From: Macrostomum lignano
Lineage: Eukaryota
Assembly (NCBI GenBank): GCA_002269645.1
Contig: NIVC01003772.1
Coordinates: 62,001-126,000, forward strand
Length of the DNA stretch: 64,000 bases
Reading direction: 5' to 3'
Below the pieces are notes generated by a model. That model did no database searches and had not been told where the DNA came from. It saw only the letters and a program-made list of their open reading frames with translations. Made by a program: the position numbers and the translations under genes. Of the stretch, positions 27,701 to 41,375 are shown piece after piece (position 1 is the first letter of the stretch; each line of letters begins with the position of its first letter).

Positions 27701-30700
27701 CACTGGGGACTGGGGTGTCAGAATGACACAGTGGGGTGGACACAGTGGGGTGTCAGAAGGACGCAGTGGGGTGTCAGAATGACACAGTGGGGTGTCAGAA
27801 TGACACAGTGGGGTGTCAGAATGACACAGTGGGGTGGACACAGTGGGGTGTCAGAATGACACAGTGGGGTGTCAGAATGACACAGTGGGGTGTCAGAATG
27901 ACACAGTGGGGTGTCAGAATGACACAGTGGGGTGTCAGAATGACACAGTGGGGTGTCAGAATGACACAGTGGGGTGTCAGAATGACACAGTGGGGTGTCA
28001 GAATGACACAGTGGGATGTCAGAATGACACAGTGGGGTGTCAAATGGACACAGTGGGGTGTCAGAATCACACAGTGGGGTGTCAGAAGGACACAGTGGGG
28101 TGTCAGAATGAAGGAGTCTGCGGAATGGGCAGAATTGCCGTCAGCGCCCTGGGTTGTGGGACGATGTCGCTTTGTTAACACAGGCACCTGTGAATTGTGT
28201 TGCTAAAGTTTAGAAATCATATATTTTTCTAACTAAAAGCGTTTCACTTCCCTAAATACTTTTAGGTTCCTAAACTGCGAGCACTGTGCCTTGAATTCTC
28301 GACAGAACAAAGTCCTAATCCTGGAATTATAGCATTTTGTTCTATGCTGGCTGGTTTCTTGTTCGATCGCGGATTAGCTAACGAAATTACAGACAAGGTG
28401 AGACTGTTCTGTATACAGGGGGCATTGTATTCTATCACACCAGTGATTTTGGTCTCTATCCCACCGGTGTATTGGTCTCTATCCCACCGGTGTATTGGTT
28501 TCTATCCCACTGGTATATTGGTCTCTATCCCACCGGTGTATTGGTCTCTATCCCACCGGTGTATTGGTCTCTATCCCACCGGTATATTGGTATTTATCCC
28601 ACCGGTGTATTGGTCTCTATCCCACCGGTGTATTGGTCTTTATCCCACTGGTGTATTGGTCTCTAATCCCACCGGTTACTTATTCCCATTTAATTTAATG
28701 CAAGTTCAACGATGCACCTATGCATCAAGATTACTGTTATTTAGTAAATAAATACAGTAATATTGTACATTACAATCCTTACTATTGCAGTCGGTTCTGC
28801 TAAAGCACTATCTGCAGACCTGTTTTGTTACCAAGGAGGCGGCCAGCCAATTGCAGTTGGACAGCAGCAAACGAATGGTCCAATTACTGGTTGATAGGAA
28901 ACTGTTTTCTGATGAAGTCCTACCGCTCATTAAAAAAGCCGTGCTGCGTTCTCCAGAGGTAACGGGATTGTGTTTGAAGGCTTAAGATAGGGCTTAGACC
29001 TTAGTGTTGTGTTGGATATCTTTGTGTTATATCTGTGTCATGTATTGTCAACATTAGTAATGAGATTTCATTAGGATAATTAATGGGATTCTATTGGGAT
29101 TTCATTGAAAAAATTATCTGGATTTCGTTGGGATAGTTATTGGGATTTCATTGAAAAAATTATCTGGATTTCGTTGGGATAGTTATTGGGATTTCATTGA
29201 AAAAATTATCTGGATTTCGTTGGGATAGTTATTGGGATTTCATTGGGAAAAGTAATTATTGGGATATCATTGGGATAATTATTGGGAAAAGTAATTATTG
29301 GTATTTTATTGGGATAATTGTTGGGATTTCATTGGGATAATTGTTGGGATTTCATTGGGATAATTATTGGGATTTCATTGGGATAAATATTGGGATTTCA
29401 TTGGGATAATTATTGGGATTTCATTGGGATAAATATTGGGATTTCATTGGGATAATTATTGGGATTTCATTGGGATAAATATTGGGATTTCATTGGGATA
29501 AATATTGGGATTTCATTGGGATAAATATTGGGATTTCATTGGGATAATTATTGGGATTTCATTGGGATAAATATTGGGATTTCATTGGGATAATTATTGG
29601 GATTTCATTGGGATAAATATTGGGATTTCATTGGGATAATTACTGGGATTTCATTTGGATAATTAGTGGGATTTCATTGGGATAATTATTGGGATTTCAT
29701 TGGGATAATTATTGGGATTTCATTGGGATAATTATTGGGATTTCATTGGGTTAGTTATTCGGATTTCATTGGGATAATTATTAGGATTTCATTGGGATAG
29801 CTAGTGCAGATGCTCTCCATCAGCCCAAGCCCCATCGCCCAATCCCAGGTTGCCCTACCAACCGTGTCCAGCTGCCTGAGCAGTCTCAGCGTCGATCTCA
29901 GCCAGTACAGCGGCGACCTGCTCGACACGCTGAGCGGCCATCTGCGCGCCGAATCCGACGCTCTGAGGTCGGGCAGCGTTGACTGCGTCGGCTGCTTAGC
30001 CAAGCAAGTAACGACGGTCAAGCATTCGTCGAAGGTTTAACTCGCAGATTGTGCGGCCTGTTGCTAGGCAACGAGGCAAAGCTAACTAATCCCAAACATA
30101 AGCTGAGTCTGTTAGCGGCCTGTTCTCAACTGCCGGGTGCGGCGCCCACTGACTCTGCTAGGCGGAGCTGCTCAGCTATGCTGGGCAAAGCTTTGGTCAG
30201 CTTTCTGGGACAGGAGGGTGAGTGCTGTCCCGTCTTGTTGGTGCTTTGGTCTCTAACTGAGGATATCGTATCATTGGCGCCTCTCTGACATTTGATTAAT
30301 TGATTGGCGCCTTGCTGACACTTGATTGATTGATTGGCGCTTTCTGACACTTGACTAATTAATTGGCGCCTCTCTGACATTTAATTGATTGATTGGCGCC
30401 TTTCTGACACTTGATTGATTGGTTGGCGCCTCTCTGACATTTGATTGATTGATTGGCGCCGTTCTGACACTTGATTGATTGATTGGCGCCTTGCTAACAC
30501 TTGATTGATTTATTGGCGCCTTTCTGACACTTGATTGATTGATTGGCGCTGTTCTGACACATGATTGATTGATTGGCGCCGTTCTGACACTTGATTGATT
30601 GATTGGCGCCTTGCTGACACTTGGTTGATTAATTGGCGCCTTTCTGACACTTGATTGATTGATTGGCGCCTTTCTGACACTTGATTGATTGATTGGCGCT

Positions 30701-33700
30701 GTTCTGACACTTGATTGATTGATTGGCGCCTTGCTGACACTTGGTTGATTAATTGGCGCCTTCTGACACTTGATTGATTGGTTGGCGCCTTCTGACACTT
30801 GACTAATTAATTGGCGCCGTTCTGACACTTGATTGATTGACTGACTGATTGGCGCCTTTCTGACACTTGATTGATTGATTGGCGCCTTTCTGAAATTTGA
30901 TGGATTGATTGGCGCCTTTCTGACACTTGATTGATTGGTTGGCGCCTTCTGACACTTGATTGATTGGTTGGCGCCGTTCTGACACTTGATTGATTGATTG
31001 GCGCCTTTCTGACACTTGATTGATTGACTGACTGATTGGCGCCTTTCTGACACTTGATGGATTGATTGGCGCCGTTCTGACACTTGATTGATTGATTGGC
31101 GCCTTTCTGACACTTGATTAATTGACTGACTGATTGGCGCCTTTCTGACACTTGATTGATTGATTGGCGCCTTTCTGACACTTGATTAATTGACTGACTG
31201 ATTGGCGCCTTTCTGACACTTGATTGATTGATTGGCGCCGTTCTGACACTTGATTGATTGATTGGCGCCTTGCTGACACTTGGTTGATTAATTGGCGCCT
31301 TCTGACACTTGATTGATTGGTTGGCGCCTTCTGACACTTGACTAATTAATTGGCGCCGTTCTGACACTTGATTGATTGACTGACTGATTGGCGCCTTTCT
31401 GACACTTGATTGATTGATTGGCGCCTTTCTGAAATTTGATGGATTGATTGGCGCCTTTCTGACACTTGATTGATTGGTTGGCGCCTTCTGACACTTGATT
31501 GATTGGTTGGCGCCGTTCTGACACTTGATTGATTGATTGGCGCCTTTCTGACACTTGATTGATTGACTGACTGATTGGCGCCTTTCTGACACTTGATGGA
31601 TTGATTGGCGCCGTTCTGACACTTGATTGATTGATTGGCGCCTTTCTGACACTTGATTAATTGACTGACTGATTGGCGCCTTTCTGACACTTGATTGATT
31701 GATTGGCGCCTTTCTGACACTTGATTAATTGACTGACTGATTGGCGCCTTTCTGACACTTGATTGATTGATTGGCGCCGTTCTGACACTTGATTGATTGA
31801 TTGGCGCCGTTCTGAAATTTGATTGATTGATTGGCGCCTTTCTGACACTTTATTGATTGATTGGCGCTTTTCTGACACTTGATTGATTGATTGGCGCCTT
31901 TCTGACACTTGATTGATTGATTGGCGCCGTTCTGACACTTGATTGATTGATTGGCGCCGTTCTGACACTTGATTGATTGATTGGCGCCTTTCTGAAATTT
32001 GATTGATTGATTGGCGCCTTTCTGACACTTTTTTGATTGATTGGCGCTTTTCTGACACTTGATTGATTGATTGGCGCCGTTCTGAAATTTGATCGATTGA
32101 TTGGCGCCTTTCTGACACTTTATTGATTGATTGGCGCTTTTCTGACACTTGATTGATTGATTGGCGCCTTTCTGACACTTGATTGATTGATTGGCGCCGT
32201 TCTGACACTTGATTGATTGATTGACGCCTTTCTGAAATTTGATTGATTGATTGGCGCCTTTCTGACACTTTATTGATTGATTGGCGCTTTTCTGACACTT
32301 GATTGATTGATTGGCGCCTTTCTGACACTTGACTGGTTAATTGGCGCCTTTAATGGGCGCCACCCTGAGGGACCCTGATGTCCCTGTTTGACCTTAACTA
32401 CCCCATAACCCATAGTATCGGCGCTACTGCCTTAGTCAATCACAAACAATTACAAATTTCAGTTCAAGAAGCCATCACCATTGAAGCGCTGTGCCAGTTG
32501 CGACTGTGCTTACAGAAAATTGACGCCAAAGACTTGCCAATCATTGTGACGGCACTGCAGGCAAGTTACAAGTATTTTTATATAGAAATGTTGGTCTCAG
32601 AATTCTATTTTGACTATTAATTTGTGCCGCCGAAAAGCCATTCACTCCGCTGGCTGAAGCTTTAATTAGTCACTTCGCTGTAAGTGCTAGATAATTACAG
32701 GTGGATTATTAGCCTATGTAATTAGATATTTAGTTGATTTCACAAAAATCTTACCTAATTTGATAATTAGTAATTAGGCAGTCAGCTTAGCTAATTAGGT
32801 AATTACACAAACAGCTTAGGTAATCAGATAATTATAGAAACAGCTTAGGTGGTTAGATGGTAAGACATACAGCTTAGGTAATCAGATAATTATAGAAACA
32901 GCTTAGGTAATTAGATAATTAGACATACAGCTTAGGTAATTAGATAATTAGACCTACAGCTTAGATAATTAGACCTACAGCTTAGATAATTAGACCTACA
33001 GCTTAGATAATTAGACATACAGCTTAGGTAATTAGATAATTAGACATACAGCTTAGGTAATTAGATAATTAGACATACAGCTTAGATAATTAGACCTACA
33101 GCTTAGATAATTAGACCTACAGCTTAGATAATTAGACCTACAGCTTAGATAATTACACATACAGCTTAGGTAGTTAGGTAATTAGACATACAGCTTAGGT
33201 AGTTAGGTAATTAGACATACAGCTTAGGTAGTTAGGTAATTAGACAAGCAGTTTATTTAATTTGGTAATTAGTAATCAGCTTAGGTAATTATATTATTTT
33301 CAAATCTGATAATGATGAATTGTTGTACTTTAATGATTATTAAACAGGACGGCTTAGCCAAGAAGCAGACCCAGCAACAGAGACTGCACTATCTGTGGTG
33401 CCTCCGATCCGCATTCGTCGATCATCCGGTATCCGGCCTTTTATCCAACTTGTCGGCGCTGAAGGACGCTTTGACTCGGGTCTCCGCTGTCGGCAAGCCG
33501 CCGGCTGCCGCGCTTCTGCTTCAAGCTGCCGCGCCTCTGCTTGAAGCTCTGGCCCCGTGCGAGCTGACCCTGCGATTGCACTCGGAGGGCGCCGCGCCGA
33601 CCGATCTGTTCGATGCCGCTATGGCCGCCTGCGGCAAGCCGCACCAGCCGCCGTTGCTAAGCGACACGCTGGCCAGGGCGATTCGATTGGGCGGTGCAGC

Positions 33701-34196
33701 GGCTCGGTGCTGCCTGCCATCCGCTCTCGCCATCGTTGACGCCCTGCTTAGCGACTACCCGAGTCTGCCTAATGAGCCCATGTGCGCCTTCTTGTCGTCT
33801 GTGGCCACCTGCGCTAACTATGCTGACGTGCGCTCCGATGCGCTGCGCTGCGCCAGGAGGCACCTGCAGGTCTGTCTTTCTGTCTGTGTCTGTCTGTCTG
33901 TCTGTATGTTTGTCTGTCTGTCTGTCTGTCTGCCTGTCTGTCTGTCTGTTTGTCTGTGTCTGTCTGTCTGTCATTCTGTCTGTCCGTCTGTCTGTCTGTC
34001 CCTGTCTGTCTGTCTGTCTGCCTGTCTGTCTGTCTGTCTGTTTGTCTGTGTCTGTCTGTCTGTCATTCTGTCTGTCCGTCTGTCTGTCTGTCCCTGTCTA
34101 TCTGTCTGTCTGTCTGTCTGTTTGTCTGTTTGTTTGTCTGTCTGTTTGTCTGTCTGTTTGTCTGTCTGCCTGTCTGTCTGTCATTCTGTCTGCCTC

Positions 34197-34255
<59 letters not shown>

Positions 34256-34258
34256 GCC

Positions 34259-34308
<50 letters not shown>

Positions 34309-34323
34309 CCTGTCTGCCTGTCG

Positions 34324-34416
<93 letters not shown>

Positions 34417-34431
34417 CCTGTCTGCCTGTCG

Positions 34432-34475
<44 letters not shown>

Positions 34476-34482
34476 GCCTGTC

Positions 34483-34525
<43 letters not shown>

Positions 34526-34540
34526 GCCTGTCTCTGTCTC

Positions 34541-34587
<47 letters not shown>

Positions 34588-34594
34588 GCCTGTC

Positions 34595-34637
<43 letters not shown>

Positions 34638-34734
34638 GCCTGTCTCTGTCTCTCTGTCTGTCTGTCTGTCATTCTGTCTGTCTGTCTGTCTGTGTGTCTG
34701 TCTGTCTGTCTGTCTGTCTGTGTGTCTGTCTGTG

Positions 34735-34767
<33 letters not shown>

Positions 34768-34818
34768 TTCTGTCTGTCTGTCTGTCTGCCTGTCTGTCTG
34801 TCTGCCTGTCTCTGTCTC

Positions 34819-34907
<89 letters not shown>

Positions 34908-34920
34908 GTGTCTGTCTGTG

Positions 34921-34960
<40 letters not shown>

Positions 34961-34969
34961 AGTCTGTCA

Positions 34970-35003
<34 letters not shown>

Positions 35004-35004
35004 G

Positions 35005-35084
<80 letters not shown>

Positions 35085-35093
35085 AGTCTATCA

Positions 35094-35157
<64 letters not shown>

Positions 35158-35164
35158 GCCTGTC

Positions 35165-35199
<35 letters not shown>

Positions 35200-35234
35200 G
35201 CCTGTCTCTGTCTCTCTGTCTGTCTGTCTGTCAT

Positions 35235-35267
<33 letters not shown>

Positions 35268-35284
35268 GTGTCTGTCTGTCTGTG

Positions 35285-35345
<61 letters not shown>

Positions 35346-38300
35346 GCCCAGCCGTATCCCTATTCACATTCATACCTCCTCAGGGACTCACCGGCCTATC
35401 GTTTGCGCGCTCACTGCTGCTGGCCTGCAACCAGCTGCTAGTCGCCAACGCCCAGTCCGTTGCCAAAGCCTCGCCTTCCACTACCGACGCTGTTGCCGAC
35501 GCTGGCCCCGCGGCGTCGGCATCGGCGGCAGACATGGGCGACGCCTTGTCGAGAGACGCAACCGACGCCTCGCCAGATACGGCAATCGCCCTGCACGACC
35601 TGATGACCGCCTTTGCCGATGTCGGCCGCGTTGGAGACTCGGCTGGGCCTGGCGATGCGAACTCGGAACTGCCGGCGCTCCTGCTGCTGCCCTGCCATCA
35701 CGCCTCCGTGCGGACGCCGGACCTCTGGCGCCGGCTGCTGTTGAAGTTGTTCGCCGATACTGGCGCGAATGACGTTAATGCATCTGGCGCATGGCAACGG
35801 GTTAGTAACGGGGGGGGGTGGTAATTATCTAGTGTCCATGCTTGTTATCTCCGTAAAATCCCAATAATTTTCCTCATGAATCCCTAATAATTATCCTAAC
35901 GAAGTCCCAGAAGTTATCCCAAAAAATATTCCAATAAAATCCCAACAGTAATCCCCATAAGATCTCAATAATTATCGCCATGAACTCCCAAATCCCAATT
36001 ATCACTCCCTTAAAATCCCAACAATTATCATAATGAAATCCCAATAATTATCCGAATGAAATCCCAATAATTATCATAATGAAATCCCAATAATTATCCG
36101 AATGAAATCCCAATAATTATCCGAATGAAATCCCAATAATTATCCGAATGAAATCCCAATAATTATCATAATGAAATCCCAATAATTATCCGAATGAAAT
36201 CCCAATAATTATGCGAATTAAATCCCAATAATTATCCGAATAAAATCCCAATAATTATCCGAATGAAATCCCAATAATTATGCGAATTAAATCCCAATAA
36301 TTATCCGAATTAAATCCCAATAATTATCCGAATGAAATCCCAATAATTATGCGAATTAAATCCCAATAATTATCCGAATTAAATCCCAATAATTATCCGA
36401 ATTAAATCCCAATAATTATCCGAATGAAATCCCAATAATTATCCGAATGAAATCCCAATAATTATCCCCATTAAGTTCTAATCCAAGTTAATCCCAGTAA
36501 TTATCCCCATGGAATCCCAGTACCTTTTTGTCTTTATTATCCCTAGTAGCCTGCTCTTAACGAAGCTAGATGCATCTGCCGCATGGCAACGGGATAGTAA
36601 CTGGTAGTTGAAACCTACCTCATAATGGCAGATGCCGTTAGACTTACCGGCCCTACTAAACCGCTGTTTCGATCCGCTGCTATCAGCACCTGCGTCACCT
36701 GCCAGTTCGCCTCAACCGCATCACAGGCGGGCAATAGTCACGCTAACAATGGAGTGTCCGGGATTTGCCAACTTGCTAGCCAGCCGCATCCTAGACTGTT
36801 TAACCTCTCCGGAAGTGTTTGAAGTCACCGAACTAGAAGCTGGCATCCTGCGCACGCCAGACAATCGGGTATTCGATCTGGCCGCTCTGGATGAGTCTGC
36901 CAATAGGATTCGAGAAGAACTGGAATCCAGCCTGCTAGGCGGTGACAGCAAGGCTGGGTCCAATGTTAAACGGGAGAACCGGCTTTACAGCTACGCTGAT
37001 CAGATGGCCGAATTGGAGCTTCGCCGGGAGTTGGCCAGCAAGAAAGGCGACAAAGAGTTGCAGAAACGCTTGGCCGCGGCTATGGCTGAACAGTTATCGG
37101 CTGAGAAAGCTGTTCGAGACCGGCTGTGCGGACTTGATCGACGTGTTGACGCAGCGTTTCAGCTGCTGCTTGGCCTCATCGAAGCTATCGGTTAGGTTTG
37201 CTTCTTTGTAGCTTGCCTAGATCTTGTAGAGACTGGCGTCTAGATGTCTCTTAGAGATTGGCACCTAGATATATGAGAGATTGGCGCCTTAATATCTTAG
37301 AGATTGGCGCCTAGATAGCTTAGAGGTTGGTGCCTAGATATATTAAAGATTGGCGCTTAGATATCTTAGTTATTGGCGCCTAGATATTTTAGAGATTGGC
37401 GCCTTAATATCTTAGAGATTGGCGCTTAGATATCTTAGAGATTGGCGCCTAGATGTGATAGAGATTAATGCCTAGATCTTAGAGATTGGTGCCTAGATAT
37501 CTTAGAGATTGGCGCCTAGATATCTTAGAGATTGGCGCCTTAATATCTTAGAGATTGGCGCTTAGATATCTTAGAGATTGGCGCCTAGGTGTGATAGAGA
37601 TTGATGCCTAGATCTTAGAGATTGTCGCCTAGATATCTTAGGGATTGGTGCCTAGATATCTTAGAGATTGGCGCCTAGATATCTTAGAGATTGGTGCCTA
37701 GATATCTTAGAGATTGGCGCCTTGGTCTAGTAAATATTGGCTCATAGATCTTGAAGATTAGCGCCCTAGATTTGAATGAAAATTAATGGCGCCTAGATCT
37801 AAGAGATTGGCGCTCAGATCTGTGAGACACTACATATAGGGCTTAGATTGATAAATAAGTGCCTAATAGATTTGATACGAAAGCACCTAGATGTAAAAAT
37901 TGAATGCCCAGATCTTAGAGATAAGCGACTGAATATATAGATATAAAAAACCGTATGTCTAATTTAGTTTGTATTACCCCAATGTAAAAAATCTATTATT
38001 AATAAAGAATCAGTGCACCCTTGACCCCTCTCTCTACCACACTGTACACAGGTCGCACTCTAACGCAGGGCAACTCCGCAGACGAGTCGCTTTTACTTCG
38101 CCACCGCCTCGCTGACTGTCTCTCTTCTCTACTCGCTTATCCGTTAACTGCTCGTCGCGCTATAATCGCTTTCGAAGCCTTAGCAACCGTTGCTAAGGCC
38201 TCAAATTCGAATGGTTTGATCTACGCTCGAGCCCTGTTTAGTCTGTGCTCGCCAGCTGTAGGCAGAATCGGGGCCGGTTGCACCATAGACTGGATGAGCA

Positions 38301-39656
38301 ACAACGGGGGCGCTTCGAGTTTAGTAGATTCGGCTTTATACCGACTAGCCAATGCCGACAGCATCGGCGAGAATGATAGTCGGCAGCCTCTGTTGGACAG
38401 TCGAACTGAAGGCGATTTCGCCGTCGCTTTGCCGTTGCTTCGCTGCGTTCTGCTGCACTCGGACGGCCGGGACTGCCAGCCGAAACGGTGCGATCTGGCT
38501 CTGACGGCTAGCGAACGGTATTGCAGACTGGTTGGCGAGCCGCAACGATTGCCGTTGAACAGCTTCTTGCCTATGCTTGCCGGGCACCTGCCTGCGGCAA
38601 GGCCAGCTCTGCTGTTGCTGTGCGAGCGGTGCGGCGATCGGCTGACGCCAGAGTGCCTGCGTGCGCTGATGAGGTTTGCGTTCTTATATGTACGAGTAGA
38701 TAGGGGAGTTTGTGATTTAATGAGGGGTTGTAGCCTAATGAGGGGTTGTAGCCTAATGAGGGGTTGTAGCCTAATGAGGGGTTGTAGCCTAATGAGGGGT
38801 TGTAGTCTAATGAGGGGTTGTAGTCTAATGAGGGGTTGTAGCCTAATGAGGGGTTGTAGCCTAATGAGGGGTTGTAGTCTAATGAGGGGTTGTAGCCTAA
38901 TGAGGGGTTGTAGCCTAATGAGGGGTTGTAGTCTAATGAGGGGTTGTAGCCTAATGAGGGGCTGTAGCCTAATGAGGGGTTGTAGTCTAATGAGGGGCTG
39001 TAGCCTAATGAGGGGTTGTAGCCTAATGAGGGGGTGTAGTCTAATGAGGGGTTGTAGCCTAATGAGGGGTTGTAGTCTAATGAGGGGTTGTAGCCTAATG
39101 AGAGGTTGTAGCCTAATGAGGGGTTGTAGTCTAATGAGGGGTTGTAGCCTAATGAGGGGTTGTAGTCTAATGAGGGGTTGTAGCCTAATGAGAGGTTGTA
39201 GCCTAATGAGAGGTTGTAGCCTAATGAGAGGTTGTAGCCTAATGAGGGGTTGTAGTCTAATGAGGGGTTGTAGTCTAATGAGGGGTTGTAGTCTAATGAG
39301 GGGTTGTAGTCTAATGAGGGGTTGTAGCCTAATAAGGGGTTGTAGCCTAATAAGGGGTTGTAGCCTAATGAGGGGTTGTAGCCTAATGAGGGGTTGTAGC
39401 CTAATGAGGGGTTGTAGCTTAATGAAGGTTTGTAGCCTTATGAAGGTTTGTAGCCTTATGAAGGGTTGTAGCCTTATGAAGGTTTGTAGCCTTATGAAGG
39501 TTTGTAGCCTTATGAAGGGTTGTAGCCTTATGAAGGGTTGTAGCCTTATGAAGGGTTGTAGCCTAATGGTTAGAGCGCGTCAGACTTACGACTGAAAGGT
39601 CGGGGGTTCGATTCTCATTAGGCTAGATTAGTTATTTAAATGAAATTTTACCTTTC

Positions 39657-39733
<77 letters not shown>

Positions 39734-41090
39734 ACGCCTTGTACATGCTTGGTGCAGATTGAGAAGATGAAGTAGTTTATAGTTCTCATCCTCTCTGCCG
39801 CCAGCTGCATCACCGGCTCCGAGGACCCCCTGGCAGCCCAGACCGCCCTGGAGTGCCTGGCCGGTGCCCAGCCGCTGCCTCTTGTCAAGCAGGATCAGCA
39901 GCTCCGCGTCGACCTGCTCTGTCACGTGCACCTGGCTCGTCGACATCCCGACGCCGACGTTTCAGCTCGCGCCGTCGAAGTCTGGCGCCGTCAGTTCGTC
40001 GCCGATTCTACATCGACGCCGACTGCAAATTTGTCGACAGCTCTGTCGGAATTTCATCTACGTTGTTTGGCGTCGCCACGAGCGGCCATTCGACAAGCGG
40101 CGGCCGTGGCTCTAGCGGCTCTGGCCGTCAAGCCGGATCGTAATGGCGCCGGCGCCGGCGGCAACGAGGATGACGATGGAGATGCTGAGCTCGCCGTTTT
40201 GTCGCCGAGCGAGCTGCTTCGGCAGCTGCTAGATCTGTACAAGGATCTGGCGCACCGGCCGGCCGCTGAGTTCGACCAGTTCGGCCGGATGACCCGCGAC
40301 AGGCCGCCGGATCGGTGGGAAGGTCGATCAGCCGTGGCCGCCGCGTTGGAGCAGCTGCTGCCGAAGCTGACGGTTCTGGAGACTAAAGATTTGTGCTCCA
40401 GTCTGGTTGAGTCGCTGCTCAGAGACGAGTCGGACAAAGTGAGTAGTTTTGCCGGGAGACTGATTAGTTCAGATGAGATTTCGTTTGGAAAGGGTGAGAT
40501 TTCGTTTGGATAGGGTGAGATTTCGTTTGGATAGGGTGAGTTTTCGTTTCGATAGGGTGAGATTCCGTTTGGATAGGGTGAGTTTTCGTTTCGATAGGGT
40601 GAGATTCCGTTTGAATAGGGTGAGATTTCGTTTGGATAGGGTGAGATTTCGTAAATTGAAGCCTAACCCCAAAACCTCAACTCCACCGCTCAGGTCCGCT
40701 CCGCGATGCTGAAAATGGGCCAAAAAGCTGTTGAACTTCACGGACGAGACTGCTTAACCGAATTAGTGGCCCTGTTCGAACGATTCTTAGAAACTGCCCC
40801 GGCTACGGCCGCCTTGGATTCGGTTCGTCAGGGCGTTGTGGTGCTGCTAGGCCAGCTGGCCAGGTACCTGGATGCCGAGCGGGACCAGGCCAGGATCTGC
40901 AAGATCTTTGCCCGTCTGCTGGACACGCTCAGCATTCCGTCTCAGAGTGTTCAGGAGGCCGTGTCCGCCTGCCTGCCGCCTCTGATGCCCGCTATGCGGA
41001 AGGACAAGGAGGTTATTGTGGAGAAACTGCTGCTGCAGGTGCGTTCGCTGCGGGATTCTGGTTCTGTCTGTGTCCGTCTGTCTGTCTGTC

Positions 41091-41131
<41 letters not shown>

Positions 41132-41150
41132 GTCTGTCTATCTGTCTGCC

Positions 41151-41191
<41 letters not shown>

Positions 41192-41210
41192 GACTGTCTG
41201 TCTGTCTGCC

Positions 41211-41241
<31 letters not shown>

Positions 41242-41270
41242 GTGTCTGCGTATCTGCCTGTCTGTCAGCC

Positions 41271-41301
<31 letters not shown>

Positions 41302-41302
41302 G

Positions 41303-41375
<73 letters not shown>

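Noticed and set aside
25814-28206. Long repetitive ORFs ([25 protein letters not shown], etc.) across the window
   Set aside because: They are translations of intronic tandem arrays, open in several frames or strands, and they lie between spliceable homologous exons.
29801-29848. Earlier acceptor for GCN1 exon 6 within the satellite end (GGGATAG|CTAGTG)
   Set aside because: It would add 16 residues absent from homologues; RSPE|VALPT aligns directly.
30008-30047. 40-nt GT-AG mini-intron rescuing the GCN1 frameshift
   Set aside because: Removing it does not restore the frame and would delete sequence that aligns with GCN1 homologues.
39552-39616. Functional tRNA gene
   Set aside because: The anticodon stem-loop is irregular, the 3' acceptor strand is missing and there is no oligo-T terminator. 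A near-identical head at 46327 continues into a SINE body.
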